NCBI RefSeq assembly: GCF_006345805.1
Contig: NC_043000.1
Span: forward strand, 10,168,001 to 10,232,000
Direction: 5' to 3'
Length of the DNA: 64,000 nucleotides
Source: Octopus sinensis
Lineage: Eukaryota
Below are positions 53,987 through 64,000 of this stretch, piece after piece. The translations under genes were made by a program, and so were the position numbers. Position 1 is the stretch's first letter. Every line of letters begins with the position of its first letter. Under the pieces are notes generated by a model that searched no databases, was not told the origin of the DNA, and saw only the letters and a program-made list of their open reading frames with translations.

Positions 53987-54359
53987 CACACGCACACAAT
54001 AAAGTCAAACCGAAAAGTGATACTGTGAAATCATTTGATACGTACGTTTCAGCTGAGCGTAATAAATATCAGGAAATATATCCATTACGTAAACATTCCG
54101 TAAATATATATATATATCACTTTTACTCTTTTACTCTTTTAATTGTTTTAGTCATTTGACTGCGGCCATGCTGGAGCACCGTCTTTAGTCGAGCAAATCG
54201 ACCCCAGGACTTATTCTTCGTAAGCCTAGTACTTATTCTATCGTTTTTTTTTTTGCCGAACCACTAAATTACCGGGGACGTAAGCACACCAGCATCGGTT
54301 GTCAAGCGATGTTGGGGGGACAAACACAGACACACAAACACACACAAACATATATATAC

Positions 54360-54403
<44 letters not shown>

Positions 54404-54908
54404 GTATACAAAAGAAGCCCGTCGTATATATGTATATATATATACGACGGGCTTCTTTTTCAGTTTCCGTTTACCAAATCCACTCACAAGGCTTTGATCG
54501 AGCCGGGGCTATAGTAGAAGATACTTGCCCAAGGTGCCACGCAGTGGACTGAACCCAGAACCATGTGGTTCGTAAGCAGGCTACTTACCCCATAGCCACT
54601 CCTGCACCTGTGTATATATATATATTTATATATATATATATATAGGGATGGTATTATTAAAATACCATCACAAGTGGTAAGCGAATTATCAGCCGTACAG
54701 GCAAATTAATAAAATATATACATACAATACTAGATATGTACATATATACACAAGGGTACTACATGAGTACCTATATCGCTAATGATAGAAGTAAAAAAAT
54801 ACTTCTGTACCACCTAATAGTCACAAATCTATTACAGACAAGATAGGAAAAAATATCAGTGAACAATAATAATAATGTCTTACCTCAAATGGGTCAGAAC
54901 AAGTAAAT

Positions 54909-54985
54909 GCTGGTCAACTTGGTACCAGTTTCGAAATTTAGCTCCAAATAGGCGCGTGATTTCTCATCAGCCAAAGTCTGCCTGC
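54909..54985 (-). ncRNA. Type I hammerhead ribozyme with canonical core
   Basis: Minus strand: ACUUUGG CUGAUGA GAAAU..AUUUC GAA AC-UG-GU A CCAAGU. All core nucleotides are canonical, stem II has a 5-bp base, stem III is minimal, and predicted cleavage is GUA^ between 54923 and 54922. Confidence 0.75.
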
Positions 54986-55126
54986 TATATATATATATAT
55001 TAATATAATATACAAAGAGCAATAAAGATTCAAGTTAATAAAAAATTACTTGAATATGGTACCTAACTTAGATGCACCAAAAAAAACTATACTGATTAAC
55101 AATACAGTAATGTGGGGTGATTATAA

Positions 55127-55412
55127 GCGAGAAAGAAGCAACAAGAATGGATAGGTATTTAGTACGATCGTTTCTACAAGGACAGGTTTTATTAAAAGTT
55201 GCAAAGATTACAGCATATAACGAGTCCCGTACTCATCAGCTAAAATACATGTAAGTTCTCCAGACATCCTAGTGTTTGAGGCTATACTCATGAAGTAATG
55301 TAGATAATTAAATCGTTTATATGCTGTAATCTTTGCAACTTTTAATAAAACCTGTTCCTTGTATGAAACGATCGTACTAAATACCTATCCATTCTTGTTG
55401 CTTCTTTCTCGC
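55127..55412. repeat. Inverted repeat (about 97-bp arms, 89-bp spacer) overlapping a hammerhead motif
   Basis: 55127-55223 is a near-perfect reverse complement of 55313-55412. Confidence 0.9.
55155..55248 (-). ncRNA. Type I hammerhead ribozyme with canonical core and large stem II loop
   Basis: Minus strand: GUAUUUUAG CUGAUGA G UACGGGAC..(about 45 nt)..GUCCUUGUA GAA ACGAUCGU A CUAAAUAC. Stem I has 8 bp, stem III is palindromic (ACGAUCGU), and the site is GUA. Confidence 0.62.
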
Positions 55413-55915
55413 GTATATATATATATATATATATAATATATATATATATTAATATAAAAAGAAAAAAAAAGGGTTAAATATTTCAGCTAGCTATAAATTA
55501 AGCACTCAGTTTGAAGCGAATTTGATTGACTCTATCAGACACCAATAAATGCAAATAGAATAAACGTTAAATGTAATTCCTCATATATGACAGATCCAAA
55601 TACCATTTAGAAGAATGATATATATATTTTGCTATGTCCAACTGACGAAGATATTGCGTAAGAGATGAAATCCTTTTTATCTATTATGCAATTACCTGAA
55701 ACATAGGTATTAAACGCATTTAAAGAATCATTGCTCGGTTTGATTAGATATTATACATTATATGATAAGATGGTAATTCCTAAATCCATTCTCACGGCAA
55801 CTATAACAAGGATTTGGAGTGATTTGTTCCATTCAACTCGTGTCTCAAAAAATTATAGTAACGTGCATAACACGTATATATATATAATATAATATATATA
55901 TATAATATATATTAT

Positions 55916-55947
<32 letters not shown>

Positions 55948-56029
55948 CATATATATATAATACATACATATATAAAAACACACACACACACACACACATA
56001 AAACTTAGAAAAACTTAGATATGTTTCGA

Positions 56030-56890
56030 CAGAGATTGGTCCAGGCCATGTCTAACTTAATAGCACCACCTGATAGGATTATTCGAATCCGTTTAAGTCA
56101 AGTTTTGTTCAAGTAGTGAGTTCTTGTTGGTGAGTTGTATCCAGTTTTGTTCAAGTAGTGAGTTCTTGTTGGGTGAGTTGTATCCATTATGGGTGGCTTA
56201 TCTGGTATTCTTTGAAGGAATCTATCCAGACTTGTTTGAAGTTGATGGATCCTTTCCTCTTTGATCTCCCTCGGGACAATGTTAAATAGGGCAGGGCCTG
56301 TTGAGGAAAAGAAATTATGTTGCAGTGTACATGTATGTTGTGATCTTGATTTGGCAGGGGACGTATAGCCGTGGTCCAAGTCTCGGATGAACCTTGAAGC
56401 TAATGTTTAGGTCGTTTGGGCAAAGTTGGCGGTATATTTTCCACATCGTACAAATGATGTACCGCTCACGGCGACGCTGGAGGGAGTAAAGTTTCAAGGC
56501 TTTAAGGCGATCCCAATAGTCGAGAGCAGCCATGCCTTCAATTGTTTTAGTGAGAGCCCTCTGGGGTGACTCAATTCTGGAGATGTTTTGTCTTGTGTGA
56601 GGAGACCACAGTGGGCAGCAGTATTCAAGGTGTGGCCGTACAAAGGATGAAAAAAGTGGTATGATGACACCTTGTTCTCTGGACCGGAAAGTTCTTAAGA
56701 TCCAGGAGCTCATCCTACGAGCTGTATCGACCTTCTTGTTGATGTGTGCACTCCAACTGAGATCGTCATCAACAATTACACCCAGGTCTCTGATATTGTT
56801 AGAGGCTGTGAGCGGTTCCCCTGAAGGAAGAGAGTATGGTTGTTTTAGTGAGGAATTTCTTCCAAAATGCATCAGCTCAAATTTTCCCTC
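56030..56890 (-). mobile_element. CR1/L2-type LINE 3' fragment (RT C-terminal region)
   Basis: RDLGVIVDDDLSWSAHI..VRPHLEYCCPLWSP..IESPQR..YWDRLKALKLYSLQRRRER. A short tandem duplication (caagtagtgagttcttgttg x2) lies near the 3' end. Confidence 0.9.
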
Positions 56891-56905
56891 ATATATATAT
56901 ATACA

Positions 56906-56964
<59 letters not shown>

Positions 56965-57160
56965 ATACATACATATATATGATTTTGGATATTCAAGAAT
57001 GAAATAGTTGTCGTTAAAAAGTTGCTGTTGCTGACTATGACGATGACGATAATGATGATGATGATGATGATAATGATGTTGTTGTTGTTGTTCTTGATGA
57101 TGATGATGATGATATATGCCCTCAAATAATGACTTTGTTTAACTTCTTTCCTTGTTGCAG

Positions 57161-57373
57161 GTCCGCTATGAATTTGTACGAATGCCGGGAGAGAAACCAG
57201 GCCACGCGGTTTTGGAGGTCTCCAAACAATCTGGCGCAATATTCATTGTCACTGGATCCCGAGGCATGGGGAAAATAAAGAGGACCGTTATGGGCAGCGT
57301 CAGCGACTACATCCTACATCACTCCCCTGTGCCTGTATTGATATGCCGACACAAGGAGAAAGACAATCGTTGA
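57161..57373 (+). CDS. Terminal coding exon of a universal stress protein (USP/UspA-domain) gene
   Basis: Acceptor ...tctttccttgttgcag at 57160. Reads VRYEFVRMPGEKPGHAVLEVSKQSGAIFIVTGSRGMGKIKRTVMGSVSDYILHHSPVPVLICRHK-stop, containing the USP ATP-binding motif G-S-R-G-x9-G-S-V-S and the terminal PVL. Confidence 0.93.
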   Translation, partial: VRYEFVRMPGEKPGHAVLEVSKQSGAIFIVTGSRGMGKIKRTVMGSVSDYILHHSPVPVLICRHKEKDNR

Positions 57374-57452
57374 GATTTTATGGAGCGCTCAGTAGTTTGA
57401 GGACAGACAGAATTCTTTTTGCTGACGGAGTCTGTAAGGAACGATATATAAT

Positions 57453-57484
<32 letters not shown>

Positions 57485-57503
57485 ATATATATATTATATA
57501 TAT

Positions 57504-57547
<44 letters not shown>

Positions 57548-58739
57548 TGTATATATATGAACATGTATATATATTTGTGTGGTTAAAGGAATTATTAAAA
57601 TCGATAAATCAAAATAATAAGCAGAAATTTATAAAAGAAAAAAACACATTAAAAAAAATTTGATGTTCAGCGCTTGGGCAAGGGTTAAAACCAGAATCTT
57701 GATATAAGTTATATGTCCAATAGATGAAAGATATAAAGTCGTCTTTATATACTATCACTACCCCTCCCCTTTCACCCGTAGGCATGCTTCGCTTCATTTC
57801 ATTGCTTAAATTGCGAGGATATTTTAAAGCTTATATTTGTTTACATAATTCAACAACAAAAACAAATATTCCAATAATGTTTCGAAATTATATATATATA
57901 TATATAAATGGCAAAAATCCTTTTGATAGGACATTAGATGAATTTTGATTTTGTAAATGCAAACCTCATCTATAAATTTATTATATTATATTATAGGATG
58001 CTATTTTAACCCTGTTTTTCATGGTTCATTAGATGATATTATGATGAAAATATTTTTTAGGCTTCTTTGGAGATTGCCGCCAGCCATGATATTTATGTAA
58101 TTTAAGTGAAGTAAATTTCTAATTTCTTTTGCACAGTTTCTTAGAAGTTTAACTTAGAGAAAAATATATATACTGCATACTTATATATATATATATGCAC
58201 CTATAGATAGATAGATAGATAGATAGATAAATAGACAGACAGATACATACATACTTACAAATGCATATATATATACATACTCTTTTACATGTTTCAGTCA
58301 CTTGACTGAGGCCATGCTGGAGCACCGCCTTTAGTATATATGTAGATATACGCATACATATACTTACATATGTATAAACCAGATGCTAACCAATTCTTCA
58401 TATAACCTATACAGTAATTTAATGGCAAAACCTTAAAGCATAAATGTAAGAAGCAGTACCCGTTTCCTCGAAGTCTTAAACAAGAAAAAAAAAAAACGGT
58501 AACAAATCTTTCTAATAGAACAAATTTTACAGAATATCATATAAAGCTGTAATTAACAAACAATGTGTAGTTGTATAGTTCGGTTGAGGCTTTCAGTAAC
58601 AGATACAGGTTATAGTAGAAGATACAGGTTATAGATATAAGGGGACTAAGTTTTAGATCTCATGCAGAGTTAGTATCATGTTTATTGCAGGAGACAATTA
58701 CTTGGTACACATATACTTAAAGTCTTGCACAAAATTTCA

Positions 58740-59113
58740 TTATTCTATATACGAGGTTATATTATTATTGTAGTTAGTTCTACTATAATTATTATTATTG
58801 TTATTATTATTATTATTATTATGATTATTATTGTTGTTGTTGTTATATTAATTCATATATATATGTACATATGTATCTTTATACATGTATATATACATAT
58901 ATTTACATTTACATACATTTATTTATACATGTATATTATATATAATATTATATATATATATTAATATATCTATATATATGATATATATATATATATATGT
59001 ATGTATATATATATACATGCATATATTTTGATATCTAATGTATAACTTATATATATCATTATTATTATTTTTATAATCAGTATGATGATGATGATGATAA
59101 TAATAATATAATA

Positions 59114-59144
<31 letters not shown>

Positions 59145-59377
59145 GCAATAATAATTTATGTTTTTATATATCCACATATATGCACACATATGTATGTAAA
59201 TTTATGTACGTGTGTATATGTACATACATACATGCATACATACATATATATATATACATATATATAATAATATATGTATATACATATCCATCCATCTATC
59301 CAGCTATATATATATATAATATATATATGAATGTATGTATGTATATATTTATATATATATGTGTATATATATATATG

Positions 59378-59452
<75 letters not shown>

Positions 59453-59849
59453 ATATATATTTGAAAAAATAGTAGAAATGGCTTTTGGGGGACAATTTAT
59501 TTTTAATGATAATGTTCGCAGTTACTCCAATGAGTTTCGAGCTCCTCGATAGCAGCTTTCAAACGTCGTGAGATAAGTGGGAACTTCACGTCTCCAACCT
59601 CGAAACACAAACTTATTAAACTTATTAAACTGAAAACTATCTCTGGCGTAAGGAAGAAATCCTTTGCTATACAAGCAAATTTCTAAACCACAGAGTTTCA
59701 GTTTGAAAACTGCTATCGAGAGGCTCGAAGCTCATTGGAGTAAATGTTAACATTATTATTGAAATAAAAATTGTACCCCCACACCAAAAGCCATCTCTAC
59801 TAATTTTTTCGAATATATTATACTGTACCAAGAATTTTTTTTATTATTC

Positions 59850-59899
<50 letters not shown>

Positions 59900-60628
59900 T
59901 ATATATATATTAATATTTATATACATAATTACTTCTATTAAAAGAATAGAGAACGAAGCCTTAGCTTATCGACAGGAGATATTTTCTAAGCCAACTTATT
60001 TATGATGTCAGATCAACCCAGTTATGAATCAAAGAATAACAAAAAAAACGTACAATATTTATATATTCATTAACAAACACAAACACACATACACGCAGCG
60101 CACACACACACTCACACACATATACACACACATATACGCACAAACAAACAAATGATTGTTACATAAACATTGATTTGCAAATATTTCCATATTTTCTGAA
60201 GAAAAAAAAAGAATAGTAAAAGATCTTATCTTCCTCTGTATCATTTATACAAATGCAATTAATATAAGAAATCTTAAAATTTTCATCACCGGACATATTT
60301 TATAAACCTGAAAAATATTTATGCAATTTTACATAATATTCTAAGCACAAACATATTTGCATATATTTGCATATATTTGCATGCGAAGCTTTTCATCAAT
60401 GCCCTTTCGTGCTTCTTATTTTGGAAATCCAATTAACTTTTTGTCTTTTTCTAACCATGTATATTGTTCTCGCATCATATTGTCCGACGCACATATTCAC
60501 ACGCGAATGTAGAGAGACACATATGCATATCATATGATATTACACATATGCATAAATATATAATATACATATATATATAATTATATATGTGTGTGTTTGA
60601 ATAAATGTACATACGTATTATTTATATG

Positions 60629-60702
<74 letters not shown>

Positions 60703-61220
60703 TATATATATGTATGTGTGTGTGTTTGTGGTGTATGTGTGTATGTGTGTGTATAGAAATAGAAGCGAAGCATTTGTAATATTTCCTGCTTCTCTTGTGC
60801 GTACAAAGTCTCTAATAGTATTCACCAATGCTCTGACTTTTCGCCTCGCGGTTTTAACTAGTACAACCCAAATACTTTAGTCATTTGTTTATATGGTAAA
60901 ACAACAAAACAATGCCTTGATTAATATTTGCCCTGTTGTTGATAACTACGTAACTGATTTCTCAATGTTAATTCAAATTTATGAGTCACATTCCAAACTG
61001 GGCGTATTGTTTTTCATTGTTTCTCTTTTGGTGTCAAGCTTTTCTTCTGGTTTTTAATTTAATTATAATTCATTAGCCTTGTTAGGAAATATGTTTTAAT
61101 AATTTGCCTATATACACAAACATTTGTGTCTATATATATATATATATATATATACATATATATATACGCACACACATACATATATATGTTGGTATATGTA
61201 TATAAATATATATATATAAC

Positions 61221-61254
<34 letters not shown>

Positions 61255-61281
61255 TATATAATATATATATATGTTAAGATA

Positions 61282-61314
<33 letters not shown>

Positions 61315-61499
61315 CGTATATATGTGCATGTATATATGCTATATTTTACGTGTATATGTGTATATATATATATATGTATGTATGTATGTATTTATCTTCC
61401 CGCACAAACGTAAATTAATGTATAAAAATATCTATCTCACAATCAATTTACTTTCATTCACTACTGTTTTGTGTGTCTATGCTGGGGCTATTATTATTA

Positions 61500-61557
<58 letters not shown>

Positions 61558-62006
61558 TTCTATTAGCTTGAAAATTCCTCGGCTATAAAAGAGACATTAA
61601 TACATGTACACTTTCATGGAATACGTAGATGTTTATTATAATGATTATTATCTGCTCTGATCTTCACAACTAAGATAAAGAACATACTTCTTTATCTTAG
61701 ATATTTCTCAAATTTAGCGGAAACTACTTCAAACTTACCATATTTTATTAAATCACTGAAACATGATATTCTGCGATATTTTAGCAAGATCGGCAATAAA
61801 TGATTCATATTTAAATTTATTGCTGACATTTTACAAATTTTCAGAATAAGAAACATAATTTATACTTAGAAATCTTTCAAAATATATGTTTATTTAATAA
61901 ATATATTTCTTTATTTTTTTTTGCTGGGATTTCAAAAGATAAATAATACATATATAACATACATATTATAATATACACACATACGTGGTTATATATAAAA
62001 ATATGT

Positions 62007-62074
<68 letters not shown>

Positions 62075-62245
62075 ATATATATATACACACATACATATAC
62101 ATACATACACACACATATATCTATGTATATATATGCATATATATATACATATATATATATACACAGACACACACACACATTTATATATATAATGTGTGTG
62201 TGTGTGTGTATATGCATATATTTATACAAGTATATTATATATATA

Positions 62246-62285
<40 letters not shown>

Positions 62286-62300
62286 TACAACAATTGATTA
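58740..62300. repeat. Region dominated by (TA)n, (CA)n and (TAT)n low-complexity tracts
   Basis: Direct inspection; no credible coding signal. Confidence 0.9.
59461..59813. repeat. Imperfect inverted repeat (about 105-bp arms, about 135-bp spacer) in (TA)n
   Basis: 59461-59564 is the reverse complement of 59701-59813, with scattered mismatches. Confidence 0.8.
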
Positions 62301-64000
62301 GAGAACACAAATATATATTTTAAACGGAAGCAAAATATTTCCTAGCCTGCCTTTTAAAGTTATGTTTGCATTTTGTATCTGACATTTCTTTTTTTTTTAT
62401 TTTTAACAAGTTGTGATATTGTATCGTACAACAATGGTTCTATATTATTGATTTTTTCTCCATTAATGTCCCTCTCCTCACTGTGGTATCTGTTGCTTAA
62501 AACTAGCAACAGACACGCACGACAAAGGTGCCAGAAAGTCAGCCGTTTTTTTCTGTTCCTGTGTGATTATGTGATGGTGTTTATATATAATTGAAATAAA
62601 TTGTTGAATTATCGAAATAAATTTAGATGTGTACTATCAAAGATTTTGAGTTTTATTTCCCTCGGTGTTTCTGAATTTTTCTTTCTGCTTTTATTTATCT
62701 ATTTATTTATTTATTTTTTATTTGGCGACATGACTAATTAGTCTCATAAAATATCATCTAGAGAATTCACTCATATCATGGAAACGCACATACAACCACC
62801 GTATCTTTAATAAATCTACCATGTGATTTCGGGTTCACTTCCACAGCACAGCATGACACCTTGAACAAATGCCTTCCACTATAGCATTTGTGTGCGGATT
62901 TGGTTGACGGAAACTGTGTGGAAGCCCGTCGTATATAAATATACCCTTTACTTGTTTCAGTCATTTGACTGTGGTTATGCTGGAGCACCGCCGTTAGTCG
63001 AGCAAATCGACCCCAGGACTTACCATTTGTAAGCCTAGTACTTATACTAAGTTACGGGGACGTAAACACATCAGCATCGGCTGTCAAGCGATGTTGAGAG
63101 AACAAGCACAGACACACAAACATAGACACACACACACACACATAAACACACACACACACACACACACATATTTACGTATATACGACGGGCTTCTTTCAGT
63201 TTCCGTGTATCAAATCCACTCACAAGGCTTTGGTCGGCCCGAGGCTATAGTAGAAGACAATTGCCCAAGGTGCCACGCAGTGGGATTGAATCCGGAACCA
63301 TGTGGTTGGTAAGCAAGTTACTTCCCACACAGCCAGTCCTACGCCTATAAATATATATATATACATACATAGTGCGTGTGTCCAACTATTACTTGACAAT
63401 TTGTGTTACATTTTTGTACGTCCTCGTTACTCAGCGGTTCGGCAAAAGATACTGATAGATTAAGTACCAGACTTAAAAATAACGTAAGTACCGTGGTCGA
63501 TTTGTTCGAGTAAACCCTTCAACGCAGTGCCCCGGTATGGCCGCAGTCAAATGACTGAAAGAAGTAAGAGGTAAAAAAACGTCGTTTCACGTTGAGTATT
63601 CTCTTGTTCGGTAAACTGGATCATCTGCTCCCGCATTGGCGTGTAAGTAGCTGAGCATTCCACAGACACTTGTACCTTTAACATAATTCTCAGGCAGAAT
63701 TAGTATGATGAAGTTTGGGACAAGGCTGTAGCTTTCGAATTACGAGTACAGTCTACCCGATGGACTTGTATATATTTTTTGCCTGCCCAGTTTGACTAAA
63801 AGTATGATTCAGCCCGTGGCTATAGAAAATGATATTTGTCTAAGATGTGCCGCTTTAGGATCGAACCCTGGACCTCATAGATTCAAAGAGAACGTAAAAC
63901 TGTTCTTTGTAAGAAATACATCTAAATCTTTGGAAATATGCTGCAGTCCATTAAGTTCATACGAACAGTAATGCTTTCATCATTCCAATAACTATTCTCA

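Noticed and set aside
55642-55680. CTGACGA...GAAA hammerhead-like spacing
   Set aside because: No complementary stems I or II could be formed.
57161-57373. Bacterial uspA contamination or recent horizontal transfer
   Set aside because: The sequence is bounded by a canonical spliceosomal acceptor, has a separate upstream exon and is embedded in host repeats.

Overview
Eukaryotic, AT-rich, repeat-dense genomic DNA from a coleoid cephalopod, most likely Octopus (inferred from recognisable tRNA-derived SINE families and abundant TA/CA/TAT/CTAT microsatellites). The only host coding sequence I can support is a spliced, plus-strand universal stress protein (USP/UspA-domain) gene. It has an internal 84-nt exon at 3974-4057 and a terminal exon at 57161-57373. 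The first exon and the expected middle exon were not found, and there is a 100-N gap at 48559-48658. The roughly 53 kb between the two exons holds SINEs, non-autonomous Helitrons, a Tc1 fragment and several LINE/retroelement pieces. These include a near-intact R4/Dong-like element in (TAA)n, two tandem Tx1-like copies in (TCTA)n, RTE and CR1/L2-type fragments, and a Penelope-like GIY-YIG fragment. Most ORFs in the supplied track are microsatellite artefacts. The most interesting signal is a set of type I hammerhead-ribozyme motifs found by manual folding: two with canonical cores (54909-54985 and 55155-55248, both minus strand), three with a U4C core (7022-7097, 23347-23449, 25006-25052) and a family with an A6U-type core in short microsatellite-embedded elements. 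Also notable are a cryptic 18-bp repeat with a conserved V-x-L-Y-G-L reading (13115-13795) and several long inverted repeats. All structures were derived by eye; no folding, alignment or database search was run.
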